Assembly (NCBI GenBank): GCA_054600435.1
Contig: BAAIJX010000040.1
Location: 62,001 to 126,000 of the forward strand
From: Neophaeotheca triangularis
Lineage: Eukaryota
Reading direction: 5' to 3'
DNA length: 64,000 nucleotides
Part shown: one piece after another, positions 1 to 10,245 of the stretch
Layout: every line of letters begins with the position of its first letter
Position numbering within the stretch: position 1 is the first letter of the stretch
Position numbers and translations under genes: made by a program
The notes under the pieces: model-generated
Database searches by the model: none
What the model saw: the letters and a program-made list of their open reading frames with translations, nothing else
Told to the model about the DNA's origin: nothing

Positions 1-1674
1 GGCGGACATGGGTGACATAATGGAGCCTGCGGTCGTTTGTGTGTTGCTGCGGTCTTGTGTTGGGCGAGCCGGAGCTGGAGTGGCCATTTCTTCCGCCGCT
101 GGAGTGGAAAACATATTGCGGTCGATCTGCGTTTCCGTTGGTGGGGGTTTGGCCGCATGCTTATCAGCAAAAGGGCTTTTGTCATTGTCGTATTCATTGA
201 TAATGTTCTTGTCGACCACGCTTCGTTGGTTGGAAATGGACGACGACGGCGCTATGCTACCGTGAGCGCGGCGAAACTCTTCGCCCCAAACTTCTTGTGC
301 GATCAGTTCAGACCTGGTCAATGGGGAGTCGTCTAGGGGACTCTCGTCTTCGAAGAAAGACGCTGACGCGCCGCCTCCGGCCCCTACAAGAACAGGGGAT
401 TTGAATGGCTGAGACTGGTCGTAGTAAGCTGCAGCCTCCCCCTGACTCGGTATACGGTAAATGTTGAACGTCGGTGCGTTGGAATCGAGAGCGCCTGGAG
501 CTGTCAGCGACCGCTTTGGAGCAGGTCTGTCATTCTCGAGGCTCCCATCGCGATCGTTGACCGGTGGTGCGGAACGTAGCTCGTCGTCTTCCGGTGCGCG
601 ATCTTGAAATACCGGCTCGCTCCTGCCCATCCCAGTGCCGTCTGCCAACAAAGAGCGGCTGGCTTCGTCATTGTGCTCGACCGGCGGAGGAGAGCGCCAA
701 AAAAATGCATTGGATCCAGCTGAGAAGGGCGAAGTTATCAAGTTCCACCAGCCGTTAGAACGCTGAGGTGTAGGCAACATTGATTGAGTAGTGAAACGCT
801 TTGACTCGCGAGCCGGAGCGCTCCCGGTGGCAGTAAGAGGTGTTTCTTCATCAAACTCCGTGCAGATGGAGAGGGTGGCGTTCCTTGGATTGGCATGGAC
901 ACCTTCTTTGAATGTTGTAAGGTTCGAGTCGCGGACAGTATGCTGAGCTGTGCCCTCTGTTATCTTAGGGCCGTTGGCAAAAAGTGGAAGGGGAGGGACC
1001 GGTGGAGTCTGTTCTCGGGATGTTTGCCTCGCTGCGCCATTAGTGTAGCGGGAGTATACGCTGGAAGCTGGCCTGTAATGATCTGTGTTTTGGAGCTCTT
1101 CAGGTGATCGGTTGAAGCCGAAAGTTTCTTCAGCTGGTGTAATGACAATGGTGGGCGTAGATGCCTCTTGCGCATATCGGAGGGAGCTTTTCTGGGGAAG
1201 AGGTGGCTGTCCTCGTGCTTCGCCAGATTGTGGACTCGACTCGTGATTCGGCAGTTCAGCAGAAGGGACAGCAAGGCCAATAGGGATCGTCTGGTCCGAA
1301 GGCGATATATCTGTCAGGTCGAGGGGAGCAGGACGGAGGCCCTTGACACGCTTGTGTACAGGCAGTACCTAGCTCGAGTGCACAACTCCTACGTTTTGCG
1401 ATCGATCAATTGGCTCCGCAAGTTGTTCATTTCCACGTTCTGCCGCGACGCCCTCGAGACTGCCTCCAACAGGCCCCTGCCGACGATCACGGCAGTCCTG
1501 ATTGAATGTTGCATATTCGTTGGTATACACCTGTTCGGGTATCTGGCCTCTGTGGCGGGATACGCTTGTGTCGAGCGCCAGCCCGGGTTTTGTGCGACTG
1601 ACTAGAGCTCGCAATTTGCGTTTGGAAGCTGATCGTGAAGGACGTCGCCTGAGATAGTCGGTATTGGTGAACAT
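1..1674 (-). CDS. Fungal hypothetical Ser/Pro-rich protein, 3' end outside the window, with one in-frame TAG at 1369-1371
   Basis: ATG at 1674 (MFTNTDYLRRRPSRS...). Manual translation continues in the same frame past the TAG: VLPVHKRVKGLRPAPLDLTDISPSDQTIPIGL...TPTIVITPAEE...RPASSVYSRY...PPVPPLP...TPQRSNGWWNLITSPFS..., apparently open to position 1. The ORF track misses this part because it has no stop inside the window. Confidence 0.75.
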
Positions 1675-2618
1675 CTCCGGTCCTGTGTGATTGTGATAGG
1701 AAGATGCTGTGGCGCCTGCGCCTGTAATGTGTTGCTTGCAAGGGGTAAAAAGGTCGAAAAAGTTACAATCACACGCTTCCGAGACAGGAAACACGTAAGG
1801 AGAATGCGCGACAGAGGAAAGACGCAAGGAAAGACAAGATGTAGAGACTCGAAATTTCAGTAATGCGGAAAAAGAGAAGAAGAAGAAGAGTCAAGAAAGA
1901 AAGTCAATGTCTGACCAAGGCCAGAACATATCCAGCCCTGCCACGGCCTTCTGGTCCATACTTAGGTACATGTCGCCATTGGATTGACGGGCTGCTGGCG
2001 TAATTGTGCAGTGGGGAGGAAGAAGTTGGAAGCCCAACAGGAAGCGTGTTTGAGGATAGCATAGTCGACATTCGTCGAGAATTGAACGCCAATGGATGTC
2101 GTGGCTGCCGATGCTCGTAGCGCTGAGGTTAAGCGCCGGGTGGCACGGTCTCAGGATTCTTGACCTGACTTGACCTGTACACGACGGGGGACGCATCCGA
2201 CCACGGCCCCTCTTCATAGTAACGATCGATCAAGTGCGTTTTTAGGCCTCTGTGGTCGAGCAAGTCTCGATTGGCCTTGGTAACAATTTGCACCCGAGTG
2301 ATAAGGTATAGGTAAGGTAGTGTGGAAAGAAAGACGAGGTGCAGTTCATGTTAGGTAGACGACGGGTGACACTGATGAGACGGCACCACGGGACTGGAGA
2401 CGTCGGAAGAGCTTCGGTGAATATGCCCCTCGTGGCTCCCCTGCAGCGGGCTAGGCCGTTCCTTGCGCAGAGCCTCATCAAATGTTTACACCAAAAGAGC
2501 CCCACCAAGGGACGATTAACAGAAGACGCTCTCACACTTCCCTCTTACACACCACCACCACCACCACCACCATCACCACTCCCAATTGCTCGTTTGTTCA
2601 GCTGCCACACCCCCAACC

Positions 2619-3923
2619 ATGGCCGAAGACAAAACCTTCTCCCTCGCGGGCAAAGCCCTCAAACTCTCCACCGCCGCCGACCTCTCCGCCCACACCTCTC
2701 CCCTCACCACCAACGCCTCTACAATCGAACACATCAACTTCACGGGCAACACCCTCGGTATCGAAGCCTCCGCCGAGCTCGCCGCAACACTCAAAGAATG
2801 CACCAACCTTCGCACCGCAAACTTCTCCGACATCTTTACCGGCCGCCTGCTCTCCGAAATCCCCACGGCCCTCTCGAACCTCTTGACCGCCCTGCTCTCC
2901 TGCCCAAACCTCCACACCATCGACCTCTCCGATAACGCCTTCGGCCTCAACACCGTCGAGCCCCTCCGCCCCTTCCTCTCCCAGCACACGCCCCTCCAAC
3001 ACCTAATCCTCAATAACAACGGCCTCGGCCCCGCCGCGGGCACTCTCGTCGCCGAAGCCCTCGTAACGCTCGCAGACAACAAGCGCCAAGCTCGCGTCGC
3101 CTCCAATAGCACCGCCGGCAACAACGACAAATCGCGCTTCCCGGATCTCGAGACGGTCGTCTGCGGTCGCAACCGCTTGGAAACGGGCTCCATGGCCGCG
3201 TGGGTCAAAGCCTACGCCGCGCACAAGAACGTCAAGACTGTCAAGATGGTGCAGAACGGTATTCGTCAGGAAGGTATCGCGCTGCTTCTGAGCCAGGGGC
3301 TGAGCTGCTGCTCCGAATTGCGGGTGCTGGACTTGCAGGACAATACTTTTACCAACTTGGCTGCCAAGACGCTCGCGGGGGTTTTGCCCAAGTGGGAACA
3401 GCTGGTGGAGCTGGGAGTGGGAGATTGCTTGCTGGGTGGCAGGGGCGGGGTGAATGTCGCCACGGTGTTGGCCGCGGGCAGCAACAAGGGGCTCGAGGTG
3501 CTGCGGTTGCAATACAACGAGGTCGATGCACGAACGCTCAAGGTTTTGGCCGAAGCTGTCGAGCTGGAGACGCCGTTGCCGAGGTTAAGGAGGGTCGAGC
3601 TCAACGGCAACAAGTTCAACGAGGAGGACCCCAATATTGAGAAATTGCAACTCGCGCTCGCCAAGAGGAAGGACAATGCCGCTACGGCTTTCCCAGGCGT
3701 CGATGAGGAGGATGAGGAGGCTTGGGGATTGGACGAGCTGGACGAGCTGGAGGACGAGGATTCCGATGAGGATGAGGAGGAGGAGGCGGAGGAGGAAGAA
3801 GACGCCGAAGAGGCCAAGGTGGTGCAGGATGCTGAGAAGGCGGAGAATGAAAAGGTCGCGCAGAAAAAGGACCAGGGCGTTGATGCTTTGGCCGATGCGC
3901 TCGGCAAGACGGAGATTAAGTAG
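2619..3923 (+). CDS. RNA1: Ran GTPase-activating protein (LRR domain plus acidic tail)
   Basis: Single exon, ATG at 2619. Motifs FTGNTLGIEA, SDIFTGRLLSEIP, DLSDNAFG, LILNNNGLGP, CGRNRLE, MVQNGIR, LDLQDNTF and a D/E-rich C-terminus. Confidence 0.95.
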   Translation: MAEDKTFSLAGKALKLSTAADLSAHTSPLTTNASTIEHINFTGNTLGIEASAELAATLKECTNLRTANFSDIFTGRLLSEIPTALSNLLTALLSCPNLHTIDLSDNAFGLNTVEPLRPFLSQHTPLQHLILNNNGLGPAAGTLVAEALVTLADNKRQARVASNSTAGNNDKSRFPDLETVVCGRNRLETGSMAAWVKAYAAHKNVKTVKMVQNGIRQEGIALLLSQGLSCCSELRVLDLQDNTFTNLAAKTLAGVLPKWEQLVELGVGDCLLGGRGGVNVATVLAAGSNKGLEVLRLQYNEVDARTLKVLAEAVELETPLPRLRRVELNGNKFNEEDPNIEKLQLALAKRKDNAATAFPGVDEEDEEAWGLDELDELEDEDSDEDEEEEAEEEEDAEEAKVVQDAEKAENEKVAQKKDQGVDALADALGKTEIK

Positions 3924-4659
3924 AGTTTTTGCCCCTCGTGTGGTCTTGGTCGCTTGGTGTAGGCCATTCTTGCAATGCGGATCTTTTTGCTTTGTGGAAG
4001 GAGAGCCGGGCTTAGGTTTTTGGCACTTGGACATTATGTTCCCCCACCCCAAACCCCGTTCGGCAAACCAAAGGGGAGACGTACTTGGAGGATGGCTTCT
4101 TGGTTGGGGGGCGAAGAGTATCGACGGCGGAATGGAGCTTGAGGGCAGGTCGGCACGGCACATGATAGAGTAGATACCCCTTTTCCCACCCCCTATTCAG
4201 CATGATTAATTCCACTGTGCTTTACCAGGTAGCTGTACGGCCACGAGGGAGGCATAATCTCGTGAAGAAGCCCCCTGGCAGTAGTTGTGGGGAGGGCATG
4301 GTTTCATTTTGAAATTTGCTGATGGGTAAAGGGCGAATCTATCTTCTGGCGTCGTTGCCACATTCCCTGGCGCGGCGGAAAATGAAGATCAAGAAGACGA
4401 TGGTCGACGACACTGTCTTTTGCATCGTCTTGGTTGGCTTATCTCCTTCGGGCGACTGTGGTTTAAGATTACATCCACCCATCCGACCGACCAACTCTCC
4501 AAAGCCCACCACACTGTCCTCGCTTCCCAGAAAGCCAGTACCAACGCTAGGAAAGACCCGAACCATCCGCCCACCTCGCCCTCACCTCCTCCCATCACGC
4601 CCCACCAAACCCTCGCAACAAAGGCCCAGCTACTTCAAATCCCCCTTCACGGAATCCTA

Positions 4660-6465
4660 CTAAACCCTCTTCTTCCCCTCCTGCCCGCCATCACCCCTCC
4701 CCAAAACCCCACTAGCCCCCACCAACCTCCCCAAACACCAAAGGTACACGCACCCAAACCCCACAGCACCGAGACACACATTCCCGACCGTCCACAAATC
4801 GGGCATCGAGGGCGGAGGCGTGACGAAAAGCTCCGCGGCGTGCCAGCAAGCCATTGCGGCGTAGAAAGCCAAGTGCAAAGAGGTGGTGGTCCAGTGGGGG
4901 CGGTCGTTGTCTGTGCCGGGGAAGTAAGCGGAGAGGCTGAAGGGCGGGAGGCCGAGGAGGTATGTCCAGAGAGCTGTGAGCGCGGCGTAGGGGACGCGGA
5001 GGTCGTCTTTGGTGAGGAGTGGGAAGAGCGTCCAGCTGGCTAGGGTGTTGGCGAACCCGATCCAGGCGCGGTTGGCGGGGCGCATGCCGGATTTGGTGGC
5101 TAGGAGGAGGGTTGTGGGGAGGAGGGGCAGGAGCACGTTTTTCTCGTGGACTTGGTAGGAGCAGAGGAAGAAGGCCCAGCTGCTGGTTGCTAGGGCTAGA
5201 GGGAGGAGTTTGCGGCTTGGGTGCAGGAGGAGGAGGAGGCAAGGGGGGAGGATGGCGAGAGTTGTGAGGGTTAGGGATGCGGTTGAGAGGGTTGAGGGGG
5301 CGTAGTGGTGGAGTTTGTGGATGCCACTGCTATGGAGGAGGCACCAGAGGTTGGCGACTTTGTCTTCGAAGAGTCCACGGGAGAAGGGGAAGATGCGGTG
5401 GATTGATTGGGTTATTTGCACGAGGTAGGGGTGATAGTTTGTTTTCGGGGAGAGATCGAGGGGTAGGGAGGTCAGGAGTGGGGAAGTAAGGAGGGGAGGG
5501 AGTCGCGCGTCCGATGGGAGTGCAATGGAGCGGTAGGTGTCGTAAAGGGTGCCGAGGAGGAGTGGGGCGTAAAGCGCGGCGAAGCTTGTGAGAGTTGTGA
5601 TAGCGAGGAGGATGAAGCGGATGGGTTTGAGTCGCGGGAAGAGGCAGCTGCCGGCGAGATAGAAGGCGATTGCGGGAGCGTAGAAAAGGGCCATTTGTTT
5701 GAAGCCTAGGGCTGCGACGAAGAAGACGCTGGCCCAGAGATGGTGGTTGGAGAGGAGACTGGCGATGCTGGCGAGTGTGAAGCCGAGCATGACTGTGTTG
5801 TATTGGAAGTGGCCGTGGTCGATGAGAATGGTTGCCGGCTGCATCAAGAGGGCTGTGAGAGCGATGGACCGCTCCCAGCTGTTGATGTTGTGGTAGCGGG
5901 CTAACTGACGAACGCATATGACGGCAGCTGGAACGTATGTCAGATACTCGCTGACGACGACGGTGCCACGCATGAAGACTTTTAGATGTGGGTTGTCCAG
6001 CCCTCGGCTGAGGTATAGCTGAAACCATTGGGGTTCGAGGAAGTGGCCTACACGTCCCAAGACCCAGCTGTGGTAAGCTGTCAAGGGAGGGTAGTCGAGT
6101 CCCCACCATTCGAGGTCATGAAAGTACCAGTGTGTTGCCGGGAGGTTTGCAGTGAGTTCCAGCCAGTGGCGCTGGGCTTCAAAGTCTCCAAACATGGGGG
6201 GCTTGCCTAGGCCCGAATAAGGCCAGAATCCAGTCGTCCACCTGAATAGAAAGGCGACCATCAAGATGGTAGGGAGTATGATCCATTGTGAGGTGGTGCC
6301 AGACCTCACTGGCCAGAAGAAGGCTACCAGCGGGAAAGAGGGCCGATCGGTCTTTGTTGTTGTTGTTGTTGTTGCTGGGTCGGATGTGATGGTGCCATTG
6401 GAGCTCGAGCTGGATAGTTCGGTCCTTTGCTTGGGCCGCGGCTTCCTGGAGGGTTTAGGAGGCAT
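4660..6465 (-). CDS. ALG6: Dolichyl-P-Glc:Man9GlcNAc2-PP-Dol alpha-1,3-glucosyltransferase
   Basis: 601-aa ORF with PPMFGDFEAQRHW, WWGLDYPPLTAYHSW, IDHGHFQYN, FKQMALFY, RIFPFSRGLFEDKVAN and YQVHEK; many TM segments; ends KKRV (KKxx ER-retrieval-like). Confidence 0.95.
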   Translation of the reverse strand: MPPKPSRKPRPKQRTELSSSSSNGTITSDPATTTTTTKTDRPSFPLVAFFWPVRSGTTSQWIILPTILMVAFLFRWTTGFWPYSGLGKPPMFGDFEAQRHWLELTANLPATHWYFHDLEWWGLDYPPLTAYHSWVLGRVGHFLEPQWFQLYLSRGLDNPHLKVFMRGTVVVSEYLTYVPAAVICVRQLARYHNINSWERSIALTALLMQPATILIDHGHFQYNTVMLGFTLASIASLLSNHHLWASVFFVAALGFKQMALFYAPAIAFYLAGSCLFPRLKPIRFILLAITTLTSFAALYAPLLLGTLYDTYRSIALPSDARLPPLLTSPLLTSLPLDLSPKTNYHPYLVQITQSIHRIFPFSRGLFEDKVANLWCLLHSSGIHKLHHYAPSTLSTASLTLTTLAILPPCLLLLLHPSRKLLPLALATSSWAFFLCSYQVHEKNVLLPLLPTTLLLATKSGMRPANRAWIGFANTLASWTLFPLLTKDDLRVPYAALTALWTYLLGLPPFSLSAYFPGTDNDRPHWTTTSLHLAFYAAMACWHAAELFVTPPPSMPDLWTVGNVCLGAVGFGCVYLWCLGRLVGASGVLGRGDGGQEGKKRV

Positions 6466-7190
6466 TGTCGAAATGGTGGAATTTAGGACCAGCCTTGATA
6501 GAGGGTAAGGTAAGAAGGGTACTGTAGCTGGGTAATGCTATCGGGATACTCTAGGCATGCTTTCGGGTAAGGTGGTGAAAGGGTTGCCCCTAGGAAGAAC
6601 AGGGAAAAGGCAGTGTGTCTTCAGAATGCTCCGGACTCTCCAGCTGTCGGGGTTCCTCCTTGTTTCTAGAGCTGTCGGGCTATGTACTGTAATGTACTGT
6701 ACTGTACTTTACAAGTAGGTATGGTATGCTATGGTATGGTATATACAGTCAGGTAGGTAAGCTTGGTAAGGTACCTACTAAGCCAAGAGTTCAGATGCGG
6801 CTCGGCTGCTGAGGTGTTAAGTTACCCGACTAAGTTAGTTAGATACCAGTACCTTACATAAGTAGGAAGGACACACCGCTAGAGAGAAAGCGGAAGAGTT
6901 CAAATTCTACCTTCTGTACTAGTATGCGAACTTCGGCTCGGCCTGTGCGACTAAGCTAAGCTACCTTAGTCTGCGGCAGAAAAAGCTGACGCTGAAAAAG
7001 AGCTCCCGTCTCTCACTTTTTTAAAAGGCACCCTTCACCTCTGTCCGCCTGCTTTTCTCTTCTTCTTCGATCAACACTCCACCACCACTTCTCATCAAAC
7101 ACCTTCACCCCTTTACCACAGCAGCTTCTTTCAGCTGCACCATACATACATCAGTGCTTTTCTAGCATACCAGAGGGCTACATTCAGAGG

Positions 7191-7690
7191 GTTCGTCGCA
7201 TATCTTTTCCGTGGGCTTCTTCCCCGTCAGTGGGCAACAGAGCTTTTCTGCTTTGCGCGCAGTGGGCTTCAGTGGTCTCGGATCACAGTCGCGATTAACA
7301 CAGTCATCGGCGCCCTTGTGGGAACACACTGCCCTTGACACCAGCGACACCGTGGGCTTGTTGGTTTACCAGATTCGGCTTGAGAGACTTGATTGCACTT
7401 CGCTGTCACGGCGATTTGCACTGTGGGCTTTGATCCAGACTTCACCTCGTTGTGAACGTCATCTCTGTGAGGGCATCTGAGGGCTTCTTGCGACTTGTTC
7501 GCTGTTGGGCTTGACCGATTCGCGTAGTTGCTAGCACTGCTTTAGTGCGGGCTTGCATCACTGCCTTTTAGCACGCACTCTACGTTGCTGGGTGTTCGAG
7601 ACGAGATACTGGGATACTGCTGCTATTGCTCCGCTGCTGCTGCGGGTGCCGCATTCTTCACTGAAGACCTTGAACTAACTTGCGAAGCAG
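7191..7690 (+). other. Probable 500-nt intron in the 5' UTR of NSR1
   Basis: Donor-like G|GTTCGT at 7191, branch point CTAAC at 7675-7679, CAG acceptor ending 7690, about 35 nt before the ATG at 7725. Confidence 0.6.
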
Positions 7691-7724
7691 AAATTTCAGA
7701 GACTTATCACGAATCTCATCAGCA

Positions 7725-9326
7725 ATGGCAAAGCTAAAGGCACCCACCAAAGGCCCCAAGGCCGCTGCTGCCGCGGCCCCTACCAAGGAGAAGAAGTCTA
7801 GCAAGACTGAGGGCGTCAAGGAAGGTCGCGTGACCAAGGCTGCTGAGAAGCCCACCAAGGCCTCGAAGGAGACCGCGAAGAAGACTGCCAAGGCGGTTGA
7901 GAAGGAGGGCAAGAAGTCGAAGAAGTCCAAAAAAGAGCCTACTCCTGAGCCTTCCAGCGAGTCTGAAGGCGAGACCAGCGCCAGCTCCGACAGCTCCGAC
8001 AGCGAGGAAGAGAAGAAGCCGGCTAAGGCTCAGGCCAACGGCAAGAAGGCCGCGAAGTCTGCCGACGCTATGGATGTCGACAGCTCCGACGACTCCTCCT
8101 CTGCCGCCGACGACTCTGACTCGAGCGACGACAGCAGCGACGCCGACACCACCGCTAAGAAGAGTGGCCCGGCCGCCACTGCTAAGAAGGATGCTGCTCC
8201 CAAAGCCAACGGCAAGAAGGCTGACACCTCCGACTCCGACTCGAGCGACTCTGACGAGGAGGACACTAAGGCTGGCGCTAAGCCCGCTGCCGCTGAGAAG
8301 AAGGCCGATGCCGCCTCGTCTGACAGCAGTGACTCCGGATCCGACGATGACGAGGACGATGTCGTCAAGACCAAGGACGTTTCTAGCGCCGACAGCTCCG
8401 ACAGCAGCGACTCGGACGAAGAGGCCGCTCCCAAGGCCGAGGCTGAGCCAGAAACCAAGAAGCGCAAGGCCGAGACTGCTGTCGCCGCCGCCCCTGAGGC
8501 CAAGCGTGGCAAGATCATGGTCGATGGTGAGGAGAAGGAGCCGACTGGCAACCTTTTCGTTGGCAACTTGAGCTGGAACGTTGACGAGGAATGGCTCCTC
8601 CGTGAGTTTGAAGAGTTTGGTGAGGTCAAGGGCTGCCGCATCATCACAGACCGTGAGTCTGGCAGGAGCAAGGGTTTCGGTTACGTCGAGTTTGGCAACA
8701 TTGATGAGGCCATTGCCGCTCAGGCTGGCAGGAACGGATACGAGATGGACAACCGTGCTCTGCGCGTCGACTTCTCCAGCGGTCGCCAGGACAAGAAGGA
8801 CAGCAACCCGCGCGAGCGTGCTCAGCGTTACGGTGACGTCCCCAAGGAGCCCTCTGCCACTCTCTTCGTCGGCAACATCAGCTTCGACGCCGATGAGAAC
8901 TCCGTTTCCGAGACTTTCCAGGAGTACGGCAACATCAAGGGCGTGCGTCTCCCCACCGACCGTGACACTGGTGCTCCCAAGGGTTTCGGTTACGTCGAGA
9001 TGGGCTCCATCGAGGAGGCCACGGCTGCCTTTGAGGCTCTCAACGGTGCCGACATTGCCGGTCGTCCCATTCGTCTTGACTACGCTGGCCCCAAGCCGGA
9101 CAACGGCGGTGGCGGCCGTGGTGGTGGCTTCGGCGACCGCGGTGGTCGTGGTGGTGGCCGTGGCCGTGGCGGTTTCGGTGACCGCGGCGGACGTGGCGGT
9201 GGTCGCGGCCGTGGCGGCTTCGGTGACCGTGGTGGACGCGGTGGCGGCCGTGGTGGTCGTGGCGGCTTCACCACCAACCGTGGCGGCTTCGGCGACTTCT
9301 CTGGCCAGAAGAAGACTTTTGAGTAA
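7725..9326 (+). CDS. NSR1: Nucleolin-like protein (Lys-rich and acidic/Ser N-terminus, two RRMs, RGG tail)
   Basis: RRM1 LFVGNLSWNVDEEWL...KGFGYVEF, RRM2 LFVGNISF...KGFGYVEM, C-terminal RGG/FGDRGG repeats ending KKTFE. Confidence 0.95.
   Translation: MAKLKAPTKGPKAAAAAAPTKEKKSSKTEGVKEGRVTKAAEKPTKASKETAKKTAKAVEKEGKKSKKSKKEPTPEPSSESEGETSASSDSSDSEEEKKPAKAQANGKKAAKSADAMDVDSSDDSSSAADDSDSSDDSSDADTTAKKSGPAATAKKDAAPKANGKKADTSDSDSSDSDEEDTKAGAKPAAAEKKADAASSDSSDSGSDDDEDDVVKTKDVSSADSSDSSDSDEEAAPKAEAEPETKKRKAETAVAAAPEAKRGKIMVDGEEKEPTGNLFVGNLSWNVDEEWLLREFEEFGEVKGCRIITDRESGRSKGFGYVEFGNIDEAIAAQAGRNGYEMDNRALRVDFSSGRQDKKDSNPRERAQRYGDVPKEPSATLFVGNISFDADENSVSETFQEYGNIKGVRLPTDRDTGAPKGFGYVEMGSIEEATAAFEALNGADIAGRPIRLDYAGPKPDNGGGGRGGGFGDRGGRGGGRGRGGFGDRGGRGGGRGRGGFGDRGGRGGGRGGRGGFTTNRGGFGDFSGQKKTFE
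9124..9270 (+). repeat. Coding tandem repeat (~45 nt, about 3 copies) in the NSR1 RGG domain
   Basis: Encodes GGFGDRGGRGGGRGR about three times; boundaries approximate. Confidence 0.75.
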
Positions 9327-10245
9327 ATCACAAGAGTTATCAGCACGGGGCTAAAGAAGCTGTGTTTTTGTTCGCGAGATTGTCACGATGAGGCAGCATT
9401 GTCAATTATTCGCATCGGGGGTATTGCTGCTACTACGGGAGTTTAGCTTGGAGAAGTGACTATGGGACTGCCGCGTTGCTTTTGACTGCTGTATGTTCTC
9501 ATAGTGTACCAAGAAAGAAAAGTGTTTTCTGCGATCATATCCGTCCCGTCCATCAGCTCCAGCTCTGCAACATGATCTAAACGTAACTAACCACTTAAGT
9601 TATAGCAGCAGACCCCGGCCTGGCTGAGAGGCCCTGCGTGACCAAGATCATGACCCTTGCTTGGCGGTTGATAGACGCTCGTCCGTCTTCTCTTTTCTAC
9701 CTTGACTGTCCTTGCCATGCTGATGGTTCTGTACCGTTTACGAGCCCAAGATAGCTTGGTATAACGGTCAAGTATCCTCGACAACAACTTGGAACCTGAG
9801 TACTACCTTATTACCTCCTACACTAAGGTACGTACCTCAGGTAGCGGATCTTATCTCTGCTTATCGGCTCCCCCCACCTCCACATCCCACTTGGGCAACG
9901 TCAGGTGTCCACGGTCCAATCAGCGGTCGCCAGCCACTTCTCACCGACTACGACTACCACAACATCTTACGACGAGTCTCGAGGCCGCCTGATCCAACCT
10001 GTATCATCCCGTCTCTGCCCTCGGCGCCTGATCACTGAATTCTCCCAGTGGGAAATCGAAACAAGGTCACGGAGAACTCGAGGAGTGTGCAACACAAAAC
10101 TTGCGACACTCAAGTAGGAGGGGTAGCATTCGACAGCGCACTCTCGCTTGAGGCGGATACGATAGCAATACTTGAACACACCCGCTCAGCATCAAGGAAG
10201 GACGCACATAGTGGTATACGCAAGGTCCTGACATTAAGAGCAAAC

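Noticed and set aside
1369..1392. 24-nt GTAGGA...CTAG mini-intron that would remove the in-frame stop
   Set aside because: Far shorter than the other introns here (51 nt or more) and lacks a CTRAC/CTAAY branch point; not fully excluded without RNA data.
6660..6970. AT-rich tract with GTACT and ATGGT short repeats between ALG6 and NSR1
   Set aside because: Looks like ordinary low-complexity promoter DNA; no terminal repeats or coding relic.
2573..9354. Overlapping alternative-frame and antisense ORFs over RanGAP, ALG6 and NSR1
   Set aside because: Expected in GC-rich, low-complexity coding DNA; the translations are compositionally implausible.
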